A stretch of DNA of 64,000 bases from Terracidiphilus sp. Lineage in GTDB: Bacteria > Acidobacteriota > Terriglobia > Terriglobales > Acidobacteriaceae. A program made the position numbers and the translations under genes. Numbering within the stretch: the stretch's first letter is position 1; each line of letters begins with the position of its first letter. Of this stretch, positions 46,783 to 56,274 are shown piece after piece. The stretch is taken from assembly GCA_052326045.1 (NCBI GenBank), contig JBKQRH010000013.1, forward strand, positions 77 to 64,076, in the 5' to 3' direction. Below the pieces are notes generated by a model. The model was not told the origin of the DNA, ran no database searches, and was given only the letters and a program-made list of their open reading frames with translations.

Positions 46783-48096
46783 TTAATTCGCTGAGGCTAA
46801 CTGTGGTCGTTGAATTGGCGGAAACACCCGCAGCCGCTCCACGCGGCGGTCGGTGGAGGCGACCACCTCCATGCGCAGGCCGATGGCTTCGAGCAGAATT
46901 ACCTCGCCGGGCAGAGGAATGCGGCCCTCGATCTCGCTTACAAGGCCGCCCAGCGTGGTGGCTTCATATGCATCGTCCAACTCAGCCAGACCGGCCTGCT
47001 CGCCGAAGAGGTCCGGCAACTGATCGACGGGAAAGTTTCCGGGAACCAGCCAGACGCCGTGCGGCTCGCGCTGCGGCTCTTCGATGGGTAAGTCTTCCTC
47101 GTGCTCGTCCTTGATGTTGCCCACGATCTGTTCGAGCAGGTCCTCGATGGTGACCAGGCCTGCAACGCCGCCGTACTCGTCGATGACGATGCGCATGTGC
47201 TGCTTTTCCCGCTGCATCTCGCGCAGCAGCTCGTATCCGCGCTTGGTCTCAGGCACAAAGACCGCCGCGTGCTGGATGCTGCCGACGGTGCGCGTGCGGG
47301 CCTCCTCGTCGGAGATTTGCAGCAGGTCGTGAGCAAAGGCGATGCCGGTTACGTTGTCCAACGATCCGGCGTAGACCGGCACGCGCGAGAAGTTATGCTC
47401 GCGCAGTTCGGTCAGAAACTCTTCCAGTGTGGTCGCATCGCTTACGGCAAAGACCTCCGGGCGCGGGGTCATCACCTCGCGCACCAGCTTGTCACCGAAC
47501 TCCACTGCAGAGCGAACCAGATCGATGTCGCTCTCTTCGAGAATGCCCTCCTCTTCGCCGGCTTCGAGCAGCGCTTCCACGTCCACGGCGGTTTCTTCCT
47601 CGGGAGTGGCCGGCTCCTCGGCCAGCGAGGCCACGGAGAAAAAGAAGCGCACGAAGACGGTGATGGGTGTCATGAGCCAGAGCAGCAGGCGGATGGGCCA
47701 GACCAGCCGCCTGACCCAGCGGCCGCGGGTGCGGTTGAAGAGCAGCGCGGGCAGAAGCTGGTTGCAGAAGACCACCACCAGCACCACGGCGAGAACGGCT
47801 TGCGCGATCTCGGCATAGGTGGGCCGGGCCAGGTGCGGGGCGCGATCGAAGAGCACCGCGCCGAACTCCAGCGCGATGATGCCCAGCGCCAGTTGCTGCA
47901 AAACGGCCGCGGAGATGGCGGCGTGCTCGCGGCTCAGGCCAAGCTGCGGCTCGATCAGCTCCTCCCAGGCGTCCAGGTTTTCCTGCACTTCGCGCGCGAG
48001 AATCTTGCCGAACTCGGCGTAGACGCGGCTGATGTAGGAGGCCAGCGTTTCCACCGCGACGAGGAAGACGATGAGGAGAATGACGGAAAGGGTCAT
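46783..48096 (-). CDS. Hemolysin/CorC (CNNM-CBS-CorC) family protein
   Basis: N-terminal TMs; VREVMTPR, FSRVPVY, IDEYGGVAGLVTIEDLLE, TLGG. Confidence 0.94.
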   Translation of the reverse strand: MTLSVILLIVFLVAVETLASYISRVYAEFGKILAREVQENLDAWEELIEPQLGLSREHAAISAAVLQQLALGIIALEFGAVLFDRAPHLARPTYAEIAQAVLAVVLVVVFCNQLLPALLFNRTRGRWVRRLVWPIRLLLWLMTPITVFVRFFFSVASLAEEPATPEEETAVDVEALLEAGEEEGILEESDIDLVRSAVEFGDKLVREVMTPRPEVFAVSDATTLEEFLTELREHNFSRVPVYAGSLDNVTGIAFAHDLLQISDEEARTRTVGSIQHAAVFVPETKRGYELLREMQREKQHMRIVIDEYGGVAGLVTIEDLLEQIVGNIKDEHEEDLPIEEPQREPHGVWLVPGNFPVDQLPDLFGEQAGLAELDDAYEATTLGGLVSEIEGRIPLPGEVILLEAIGLRMEVVASTDRRVERLRVFPPIQRPQLASAN

Positions 48097-48626
48097 GGCC
48101 GCGGACCCTTTACCGCGCGCTCGATCAATCCTTGCGGCAGGCCGAGGCGGGCGCGGAGTTGGCGTTCGCGGCGGGCCATTCGGCCGTTGTCGGCTTCGTG
48201 GTCGTGGCCGGCCAGGTGCAACAGACCATGCAGAATAAGCACTTTGATCTCAGTGGAGAGCGAATGGCCCTGCTTAATAGCCTGGCGGAGCGAGGTGGTC
48301 ACGCTGACGGCCAGGTCGCCGGCGATTCCCTCAGACGCTGGACCTTCGGCGGGAAACGAGAGCACGTCGGTGGGCTTGTTCTGGCCACGAAACTGGTGGT
48401 TGAGTTTGCGAATCGCCGCGTCGGTGGTGAGCAGGACGGTGACCTCGCCTTGGAGATGGACTGCGGCCTGCGCCTGGGCGAGAAACCGGGCCAGGGTGCG
48501 GGCGGAGGGCAGGCGAAGCTTGCGTGATCTTGCCGCTTTTGCCGACACACCCGTCCCCTTTGCCGAAGTTGCGTCGGGCGCGTCCGCCGCGGCGGAGGGG
48601 TCCAAATCTGGATCGATAAGGATCAT
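48093..48626 (-). CDS. ybeY: rRNA maturation endoribonuclease YbeY
   Basis: LN..FRG.NKPTDVLSFP, GD, HGLLHLAGHDH. Confidence 0.95.
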   Translation of the reverse strand: MILIDPDLDPSAAADAPDATSAKGTGVSAKAARSRKLRLPSARTLARFLAQAQAAVHLQGEVTVLLTTDAAIRKLNHQFRGQNKPTDVLSFPAEGPASEGIAGDLAVSVTTSLRQAIKQGHSLSTEIKVLILHGLLHLAGHDHEADNGRMARRERQLRARLGLPQGLIERAVKGPRP

Positions 48627-48717
48627 CGTGCTCGGAGGCGCAGCAACACGCTCCGTTAGCGATCATTCTACGCGATTCCAAGGCGCGAGGTTAGCAGCAG
48701 CGGTTCAGGCGGCCTGA

Positions 48718-48767
48718 TCTGTTTGGGGAGCAGAGGGTCGGGGGTTCAAATCCCTCCGCCCCGACCA
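48718..48767 (+). other. tRNA-Pro 3' half (att-like fragment)
   Basis: tctgt-ttgggga-gcaga gggtc ggggg TTCAAAT ccctc cgccccg ACCA; no CGGGGCG acceptor 5' strand upstream. Confidence 0.8.
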
Positions 48768-48907
48768 ATCGAATCGATAATCTATGAAAAATCGACCCAT
48801 TCCTGCTCACTGTTCCACCTTTGGGCACCCCTTCCGTCGCGCTCTCTTCGAGGCTTGGCCACAACCTGGAGGAACTTGATAGGATAAGTTCATCTCACGG
48901 CTTGAAA

Positions 48908-50431
48908 ATGGCGACGGCGAGACAGAGGGAGACGGCGCGGACCCTCAACTCAGCCCACCAGGAGGGCGCCATCAAAGAACGAATGCGATTGGGCGATCTG
49001 CTGATCCAGGCGAAGCTGGTCACTGCCGAAGATGTGGCAAAGGCAGTCGAACTTCAGGCCGATCTGGGCGGCCGCATGGGCGACCGATTGGTGGCCGCCG
49101 GCGCCATCACCCAGGAGGCCCTGAACGCCTTTATCCATCGCATGCCGTCAGAGCCCGCGGATATCGCGGCCACCAAGATCGACCCGATTGATCTCCTCAG
49201 CTTGTTGATGAAGCTGATCTACGTAGAACACCTGGAATCCATCCGTCAGTTCGTCGATGCCATCAAGCTCCCCTATAGCATCGTGCTCGACTTAGTCCGG
49301 ATGGCCATCGACCGTAAGCTGTTGCAGACCCTGGGAACGCGCACGTCCGACAGCCCGCTTGACATGAACTACACGTTCACAGACGAGGGCCGGCGTTGGA
49401 TGCTCGACGCCCTCAAACAATTGCGATATACGGGGCCCGCGCCCGTCACCATCGAAGAATTCTCCGACCAGATCAACCGGCAAAAGATTACCAACGAACG
49501 CGTCACATTCGATCGGATACGGAATGGCCTTGGCGACCTGATCTTCGAAGACAGCGTGGTCGAACATGTCGGACCGGCGTTGAACTCGGGCCGGGCCATC
49601 CTCCTCTATGGTCCGCCCGGCAACGGCAAGACCTCAGTCGCGCTCAGCTTTGCAGGCGTATTCACTGACGTGATCTACGTGCCTTACGCGGTCATCGTCG
49701 AGGGGCAGATCATGCGCGTCTACGACCCCAGCCTTCATACTCTGCCGAGTTCCGCCCCCTCCAGCGACGAAGGCGCGCTCTCCTTCGTCCGGCGCGAAGA
49801 ATATGACGCGCGCTGGGTCCCCTGCCGGAGGCCCTTTGTCCACACCGGTGGGGAGTTGACGCTGGAGATGCTCGATCTCAAATATGACGCCGCGACAAAT
49901 GACTACGAGGCTCCTCTCCATGTGAAGGCGCTGGGCGGCTGTTTTGTCATCGACGACTTCGGCCGCCAGTTGGTATCTCCCAAGAATCTGCTCAACCGTT
50001 GGATCACGCCGCTGGAGAACCGGTTCGACTACCTGAAGCTGCATACGGGCAAGAGCTTCACCGTCCCCTTCGAGGAGTTAGTGATCTTCTCCACCAACCT
50101 GGAGCCAGAAGACCTGATGGACGCTGCTTTTCTGCGCCGCCTTCCCTACAAGATCGAGGTAGGAGCACCCAGCATCGAACTTTACAAGCGCATATTCGAG
50201 AAGGAGTGCGAACAGCAAGGAATGACGCTTCCCGACAAATTATTCGACTCCATCGTGCACAGGATCACAAAAGAGAAGGGGCTCGAACTCGCCGCCTATC
50301 AGCCGAGGTTCATCGTCGATCAGGTCGTCGCAACCTGCCGGTTCATGGGGCAGGCGGCACATTTCGAGCCACGGTTTGTCGACTATGCGGTGGACAATCT
50401 GCGGGCGCGGCGTCACTCGCCGCCGGCATAG
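48908..50431 (+). CDS. AAA+ ATPase with N-terminal MshEN-like motifs (start may be 48983)
   Basis: RLGDLLIQAKLVT..DV..A...Q and RMGDRLVAAGAIT; Walker A GPPGNGKT; Walker B FVIDDFG; FSTN; AFLRR. Confidence 0.85.
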   Translation: MATARQRETARTLNSAHQEGAIKERMRLGDLLIQAKLVTAEDVAKAVELQADLGGRMGDRLVAAGAITQEALNAFIHRMPSEPADIAATKIDPIDLLSLLMKLIYVEHLESIRQFVDAIKLPYSIVLDLVRMAIDRKLLQTLGTRTSDSPLDMNYTFTDEGRRWMLDALKQLRYTGPAPVTIEEFSDQINRQKITNERVTFDRIRNGLGDLIFEDSVVEHVGPALNSGRAILLYGPPGNGKTSVALSFAGVFTDVIYVPYAVIVEGQIMRVYDPSLHTLPSSAPSSDEGALSFVRREEYDARWVPCRRPFVHTGGELTLEMLDLKYDAATNDYEAPLHVKALGGCFVIDDFGRQLVSPKNLLNRWITPLENRFDYLKLHTGKSFTVPFEELVIFSTNLEPEDLMDAAFLRRLPYKIEVGAPSIELYKRIFEKECEQQGMTLPDKLFDSIVHRITKEKGLELAAYQPRFIVDQVVATCRFMGQAAHFEPRFVDYAVDNLRARRHSPPA

Positions 50432-50469
50432 GCCCGCGTGTAGACCGGCCGGTCCGGCTCATACGTTCG

Positions 50470-52005
50470 CTAAGCCAGCTCCACCTTGAGCGTAATGCCG
50501 ACGTCGGAGATTTTCTCCTCCGGCATCTCCACCTTCAATCCGGCTTCGTCCTGTTTCCACTTGAGCTCACCTCTGTGTCCAAGCAGTTGAACATTGCGGA
50601 TTTTGCCCGGATTCTGCGGGCTGGCGAGGCCGAGAGCGTTGACCACTACAGCATTCTCCGGCCAGCCCATCACGAAGGCGTATAGCGTGCCGCTTTTACT
50701 GGTAAAGCGGACATCCTCCGCGGTCAAGTCCTTCTGTTTGTCCTCGTTGAAGTTGCCGGCTTCGATCTTGACCTTGGTGGATGGGCCTTCCCCGTGGATC
50801 TTCCACGGGCGCGAGGCATAGATGCCTTCACTGTTGACCGCCATCCACGCGGTGATGCCTTCCAGCACTGTCATCTCCTCGAAGTCCAGTTCGCCGGAGT
50901 TGGGCAGCGGGAAGTTGAGCAGCAGATTGCCGTTCTTGCTTACGATGTCGACCAGCAGATCGATGACTTTCTTGGCCGTCTTATATCGCTCGCCGCGGTT
51001 GTAATGCCACTGGCCGATGCAGGTGTCGGTCTGCCAGGGGTTGGCCGCGATGCCCTCGGAGACGCCGCGCTCGTGGTCGAGCAGGCAGGTGCCGATGGCA
51101 CAATCGGTGTCTTCCTTGCTGGTGTAGACCGCCTCGGTCCGGCCGCCGTGCAACTGCGCGCTCACGTTGTACAGGTGCGCGACCATCTTCAGCCCGTAAT
51201 CTTCGAAGGGCAGGTGGCCGTCGGTATAAAGCAAGTCAGGCTGATACTTGTCGATCAGGTCGGTCATGCGATCGAGGTAGTGGCGCTTCCACGATTCGGG
51301 AATGCCGTCATCGTTCCAATCGAGTTTGTCCATGAGCCGAGCGCAGTCGGCGTCATGATAGAGGTCTGCGTATTGCGGGTCGGCGCCGTCATAGGGAACG
51401 CCGGCCAGCGGCCCGGTCTTGTCGGCGCCATGGCTTACGGCAAACCACTTGTAACTGATCCAAAGATGCTCGCTGACGCCGAAGCGTAAACCTTGGTTCC
51501 GCGCCGCTTTCTGCCAGGTTCCGACTATGTCCCGCTTCGGACCCATGTTGGCTGCATTCCAGCGGGTGTACTTCGAGTCCCAAAGGTCGAAGTTATCGTG
51601 GTGCACGCCCATGCTGACGAAGTACATTGCTCCGGCCTTCTTATACAGGCCCATCAGATGATCCGGATCCCACTTGGCGGCGCGCCAGTTATTGACCAGG
51701 TCCTTGTAGCCGACCTTGGAGGGATGGCCGTAGGTTTCCACATGGTACAGGTATTGCCTCGACCCCTGCTGGTACATGGTCCGTGCATACCAATCTCCGT
51801 ATTCGATGGCCGACTGCGGACCCCAGTGCGACCAGATACCGAACTTGGCGTCGCGGTACCAGTCAGGAATCCGGTAGCCTTGTAGGGAAGAACGGGTAGC
51901 AAGGAAGTTGTTGCCCTGCGCCTGCCCCTTCATAAAACGAGAAAGAACCAGGGCGGAAGATGCGCCGCCCATCCATTGGAGTAACTCACGCCGATTCAAA
52001 GCCAT
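50470..52005 (-). CDS. GH29 alpha-L-fucosidase with Tat signal
   Basis: NRRELL; PDWYRDAKFGIWSHWG, HHDNF.LW, YQPDLLYTD, DIVSKNGNLLLN. Confidence 0.94.
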   Translation of the reverse strand: MALNRRELLQWMGGASSALVLSRFMKGQAQGNNFLATRSSLQGYRIPDWYRDAKFGIWSHWGPQSAIEYGDWYARTMYQQGSRQYLYHVETYGHPSKVGYKDLVNNWRAAKWDPDHLMGLYKKAGAMYFVSMGVHHDNFDLWDSKYTRWNAANMGPKRDIVGTWQKAARNQGLRFGVSEHLWISYKWFAVSHGADKTGPLAGVPYDGADPQYADLYHDADCARLMDKLDWNDDGIPESWKRHYLDRMTDLIDKYQPDLLYTDGHLPFEDYGLKMVAHLYNVSAQLHGGRTEAVYTSKEDTDCAIGTCLLDHERGVSEGIAANPWQTDTCIGQWHYNRGERYKTAKKVIDLLVDIVSKNGNLLLNFPLPNSGELDFEEMTVLEGITAWMAVNSEGIYASRPWKIHGEGPSTKVKIEAGNFNEDKQKDLTAEDVRFTSKSGTLYAFVMGWPENAVVVNALGLASPQNPGKIRNVQLLGHRGELKWKQDEAGLKVEMPEEKISDVGITLKVELA

Positions 52006-52148
52006 TTGCGTATCTTTCCTCTCACGGCATCGCCGTTGTCCTGAGCCCCGGTTGACGCCGCGCCCGCGGAACCCGCCAAACCATCAGCATATTAGAATGG
52101 CAGCATGGCCCATGGCAAATTAGCCGCATCCAGGAGCAGGAAGAGCGG

Positions 52149-53750
52149 ATGAGCGCCCAGAGCGCAGCGGCGCACGGCGAGCAGGCCGAACATTACGACT
52201 GGAAGCCCGAGGCGAACCCGTGGATGATCGCCGCGTCGGTGATGCTGGCGACGTTCATGGTGGTGCTCGACTCCTCGGTGGCCAACGTCGCTTTGCCGCA
52301 CATGGCCGGAAGCCTCTCGGCCTCGACCGATGAGTCCACCTGGGTTCTGACCAGCTACCTGGTCTCGAACGCCATCATGCTGCCGGCCGCCGGATGGATC
52401 TCGCGGCGCATCGGCCGCAAGCGCCTGTTGATCCTATCCATTCTCCTCTTCACGGCGGCCTCGTTGTTCTGCGGCGTGGCCATCAACATGCCCATGCTGA
52501 TTCTGGCGCGGGTGCTGCAAGGCATGGGCGGCGGCGGAATGCAGCCGCTGGCGCAGTCGATTCTGCTGGAGAGCTTTCCGCCCGAGAAGCACGGCACGGC
52601 CATGGCCGTCTACGGCGTCGGCGTGGTGGTGGCTCCGATCATCGGCCCCACTCTGGGCGGATGGATCACCGACAGCTACTCCTGGCGCTGGATCTTTTAC
52701 ATCAATCTTCCCATCGGCATCCTGGCGCTCTTCATGGTCAACCTCTACGTCGAAGATCCTCCGTACCTGCGCCACAAGTTCAAGGGCGCGATCGACTATC
52801 TCGGCTTCAGCCTGATGGCCCTCTGGCTGGGGACCTTGCAGTTGGTTCTGGACAAGGGCCAGGAGGCGGACTGGTTCGCCGCCACATGGGTTCGCTGGAC
52901 GGTTGCGGTCTCCACGCTAGCGCTGATTGGCTTCATCGTCCGCGAACTAACCGACCGCGAACCGATCGTGCAGTTGCGCGTGCTGGCCGACCGCAACTTC
53001 GCCGTGGGAATTCTGATTACCGCTATCTATGGATGCATTCTCTATGGCATCACGGCCATGCTGCCCTTGTTTCTGCAAACCGTGATGGGGTACTCGGCGC
53101 TGGAGAGCGGACTCACCGTGAGCCCGCGGGGCATCGGCGCCATGGCCTCCATGATGGCCGTGGGGGTGCTGGTCCGCCGCATCGATGGCCGCCTGCTGAT
53201 GGCCTTCGGCTTTGCCCTGCTCGGCTACTCGACCTGGATGCTGGGCCGCATCAATCTCGAGATCGGCATGGCTTCGGTGATCGTGCCGAATGTGATCAAC
53301 GGCTGCGCCATGGGCTTCGTCTTCATTCCGCTGACCACCATGACCCTGAGCCTGCTGCGCAAGCAGGAGATCGGCAATGCCACCGGCATCTTCAACCTGA
53401 TGCGCAACATCGGCGGCAGCTTCGGCATCGCCGGCGTCATCACGGCCCTGGTGCGCGGCGCGCAGGTTCATCAGACGTTTTTGTCGGCGGACGCGGCGGG
53501 ATCTCCCCTGGCCGGCGCGATGGTCCGCGGCCTCCAGGCCAGACTCTTCGCGCAGGGCGCGGACCCGGTCACCGCGCATCTGAAGGCCCTGGCAGCGATC
53601 TACCGCAGCGTCCAGCAGCAGGCAGCCGTCCTCGCTTATGCCGATAACTTCCGCCTGCTGGCCTTTCTCTGCTTCCTGTGTATTCCGCTGGCCTTGCTTT
53701 TCAAACGCGTACGCAAGCAATCGCGCTCTTCGGACATCATTGGCGAATGA
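52149..53750 (+). CDS. DHA2 (EmrB/QacA) MFS efflux permease
   Basis: LD.SVANVALP, WVLTSYL, ARVLQG.GGG, GP.LGGWI, WRWIFYINLP.G. Confidence 0.95.
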   Translation: MSAQSAAAHGEQAEHYDWKPEANPWMIAASVMLATFMVVLDSSVANVALPHMAGSLSASTDESTWVLTSYLVSNAIMLPAAGWISRRIGRKRLLILSILLFTAASLFCGVAINMPMLILARVLQGMGGGGMQPLAQSILLESFPPEKHGTAMAVYGVGVVVAPIIGPTLGGWITDSYSWRWIFYINLPIGILALFMVNLYVEDPPYLRHKFKGAIDYLGFSLMALWLGTLQLVLDKGQEADWFAATWVRWTVAVSTLALIGFIVRELTDREPIVQLRVLADRNFAVGILITAIYGCILYGITAMLPLFLQTVMGYSALESGLTVSPRGIGAMASMMAVGVLVRRIDGRLLMAFGFALLGYSTWMLGRINLEIGMASVIVPNVINGCAMGFVFIPLTTMTLSLLRKQEIGNATGIFNLMRNIGGSFGIAGVITALVRGAQVHQTFLSADAAGSPLAGAMVRGLQARLFAQGADPVTAHLKALAAIYRSVQQQAAVLAYADNFRLLAFLCFLCIPLALLFKRVRKQSRSSDIIGE

Positions 53751-53762
53751 GTATGCGCTCCG

Positions 53763-54503
53763 CTACTCCGCGCGCACCAGCAGGCAGGTGATGTTGTCAT
53801 GGCCGCCGGCTTTGTTGGCCGCGGCGACGAGGCGGGCGCAGAGGTCGTCGAGGGGGAAATCGACGCCCAGCAGCGATTCAATCAGGGTGTCGGAGAGTTC
53901 GCGGGTCAGGCCGTCGGAGCAGAGCAGAAAAAGGTCGCCGGGCTCGGCTTCCAGTTCGAAAACATCTGGAGTTACGCTGCTCTGGGTGCCCAGCGCCCTG
54001 GTGATGACGTTGCGGAGCGGCGAGCGCAGGGCCTCGGGGCGGGTCATGCGGCCCAGCCGGACCTGCTCCTCGACCAGCGAGTGGTCCAGGGTGATCTGCT
54101 GCAGGCGGCGGTTGCGCAGCCGGTAACAGCGGCTGTCGCCGACGTTGAGCACCCAGGCGCGGCGCTCCTCCACCGCCAGGCCCACCAGCGTGGTGCCCAT
54201 GCCGCTCAGTTTGTGGTTGCGCTGGGCGCGGGAAAAGATCGCCTCGTTGGCGGCGCAGATGGCTTCCTCGGCCAGCAGCGGCAGAGGCGTAGCGCCGCTC
54301 CCGGTGCGGCGATTGAGCAACCGCAATACCTCGTCCACGGCGAGGGAACTGGCGATCTCCCCGCCTGCGGCGCCGCCCATGCCGTCACAGACAAGATAGA
54401 CCCCGTGCTCGACGGAGAAACCGAATGCATCTTCGTTGCAAGTGCGCTTGCGGCCGCGGTCGGAAACCGCCGCAGCCGTGTAGTGGACGGCAGCAGTAGC
54501 CAA
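53763..54503 (-). CDS. PP2C/Stp1-family Ser/Thr phosphatase
   Basis: SDRGRKR..NED, VCDGMGG, MGTT, VGDSR, DHS, CSDGL, GGHDNIT. Confidence 0.95.
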   Translation of the reverse strand: MATAAVHYTAAAVSDRGRKRTCNEDAFGFSVEHGVYLVCDGMGGAAGGEIASSLAVDEVLRLLNRRTGSGATPLPLLAEEAICAANEAIFSRAQRNHKLSGMGTTLVGLAVEERRAWVLNVGDSRCYRLRNRRLQQITLDHSLVEEQVRLGRMTRPEALRSPLRNVITRALGTQSSVTPDVFELEAEPGDLFLLCSDGLTRELSDTLIESLLGVDFPLDDLCARLVAAANKAGGHDNITCLLVRAE

Positions 54504-54658
54504 GAAAAACTCCCCTGCTGCCCAGTTTACACGGGTTTGCGAAGGCCGGACCTGGTGAAGAGAATCGGGTAGTGTCCTATTTGTGCGTTGCCGGTAATGG
54601 GCGCGGAGTGTTCAGAATTGGTCATCTTTTGTTGGTCGAGCAGCGGTAAAAGAAGGAA

Positions 54659-54832
54659 ATGACCGATTTCTCCCTGGATTTTGTTTGCCCTGTTTGCGAA
54701 GCGCAGCCTCAAGAAAAGTGCACATTGAACACTGGCGCTCCCCGTTTTGAATCTCACATTGAACGCAAGTGGATCGCCCAGGATCACCACCGCAAACCTG
54801 CGCTCACAAACCCACCGCCAGAAGAACCGTAG
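54659..54832 (+). CDS. 57-aa putative CCCH zinc-finger protein (absent from the ORF track)
   Basis: AGAAGGAA then ATG; MTDFSLDFVCPVCEAQPQEKCTLNTGAPRFESHIERKW...; fills the gap between two minus-strand genes. Confidence 0.65.
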   Translation: MTDFSLDFVCPVCEAQPQEKCTLNTGAPRFESHIERKWIAQDHHRKPALTNPPPEEP

Positions 54833-54846
54833 CAGGACAGTACCGC

Positions 54847-56196
54847 TCAGCGCCCGTGCTGGTTTCCGGCGGCTACCGGCAGCGGAGGCGGCGCGGGCAG
54901 TTCGAAAACCTGGATGGCGCCGGCATTGAGCACCGCCACGCGCCGGCCGGAGGGCGAGATGGCCACGTTGCCGCCGGCATCGAGCGCCGGACTGGCTGGG
55001 GCCGCAAGCACAACCTCGCCGTTAGCCGCATCGAAAACTCTCACCAACTGCCCTTTCACGTCCTCTCTGTCGAGGGGCGAGTAGGCGTTGACCGGGTGGG
55101 TGACGGCCAGTGTCTCCCGCGCCAGCCGGGAGCCGTCCGGCGCCATCACCAGCAGCGGCCAGACCGCCGCTGCTGAAGTCGGATACTCCCAAAGGCGGCG
55201 GCCGCCGGTGGACATCGCCACCAGCTTGTCCGCGCCCGCGGGAACGCATGCGGTCACCAGCACCTCCTGCTGCGAGACAAAGTCGATGGTTGGCGAGCAG
55301 GACGAATCCACGCGCCCCAGAACCCTGCTCCCACCGCTGAAATAGTTCAGGTTCAGCAGCCACTGCCCGCCATTGGCGCGCAGGCTCTCCAGGTATCCGT
55401 CGGAGTTGATGGGCAGATGAACGGTGGAGCGGACGCGGCTGACCAGCATCACCTGGCCTGAATCCCGGCGCAGAATGCGCACCACCAGATCGGGCTGCCC
55501 GCCTGGCTTTTGCCCATCCACAACCATGTTGGTGGCGGCGGTGGACGGGCTGGGCACATCTCCCGGCTTGGTTGCGGCCGCCGCGGGCTCGCGGGAGTTG
55601 GTCACCAGGAACTGCTGCGAGGGATCAAGCTCGAGCCCGAGCAGCGGCCCCGGAAAATGCAGAAAAGGCTTCAACTCCAGCGTGGCGTCGCCCTCGAGGA
55701 GACTGTCCCTGTCGCGCAGCAGGAAGCGGCCGTCCCTGAGCATCCACAGGTAGCGCGACCGGCCGTGCACCGGCCACAGGGCCTCGGCCTGGACCGTCCC
55801 CGCCGGCAGCGCCAGCACCACGGCGCGGATCTGGCGTTCATCGCTGCTGGCGCTGTCTCCGGCCTCGCGTCGAATGAGTCCCGGCACGCGAAAGGTGAAC
55901 AGCAGGCGATTTTCGTCCAGAAAATCCAGTGAGGCAAAGCTGTCGCGCTGGCCCAGATAGATAGGGCCGGGCGCGGAGAAGCCCAGCGGCTCCGCGGGAA
56001 TGGTGAATGCGGGCGGAAGGGAGGGCTTGTCGGGAAGCCGGTCGTGAAGCGGGCGCTCTTTGCCAGCGCGGGATTGGTCCGCCGGGGACGCGGCGTTGGC
56101 CTGTGCCTGCGCGGCCGGCAAAGCGCACAGCGGCACCCCGGCGAGCGCCAGCCACAAGCCCGCGCGCAACCAGAGAGTTTGCAGTCGTTTCACCAT
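54847..56196 (-). CDS. Secreted hypothetical protein, probable beta-propeller
   Basis: Signal (AQA); repeats like ELDPSQQFL, MAPDGSRLA, AISPSGRRVA. Confidence 0.75.
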   Translation of the reverse strand: MVKRLQTLWLRAGLWLALAGVPLCALPAAQAQANAASPADQSRAGKERPLHDRLPDKPSLPPAFTIPAEPLGFSAPGPIYLGQRDSFASLDFLDENRLLFTFRVPGLIRREAGDSASSDERQIRAVVLALPAGTVQAEALWPVHGRSRYLWMLRDGRFLLRDRDSLLEGDATLELKPFLHFPGPLLGLELDPSQQFLVTNSREPAAAATKPGDVPSPSTAATNMVVDGQKPGGQPDLVVRILRRDSGQVMLVSRVRSTVHLPINSDGYLESLRANGGQWLLNLNYFSGGSRVLGRVDSSCSPTIDFVSQQEVLVTACVPAGADKLVAMSTGGRRLWEYPTSAAAVWPLLVMAPDGSRLARETLAVTHPVNAYSPLDREDVKGQLVRVFDAANGEVVLAAPASPALDAGGNVAISPSGRRVAVLNAGAIQVFELPAPPPLPVAAGNQHGR

Positions 56197-56274
56197 CGAA
56201 GAGTATTTTCGCCGATAGGACCGGTCTTGTGGAGTGATGCTACTCGCTCATGCGTGTGCGACAGTAAAAGAGGG

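Noticed and set aside
12077-48767. One 36.6-kb genomic island bounded by the two tRNA-Pro fragments
   Set aside because: The interval contains core genes (era, ybeY, corC, trmJ-like), no intact integrase, and neither end is a full tRNA
48690-48767. Intact tRNA-Pro gene
   Set aside because: No 5' acceptor strand complementary to CGCCCCG and no D-arm
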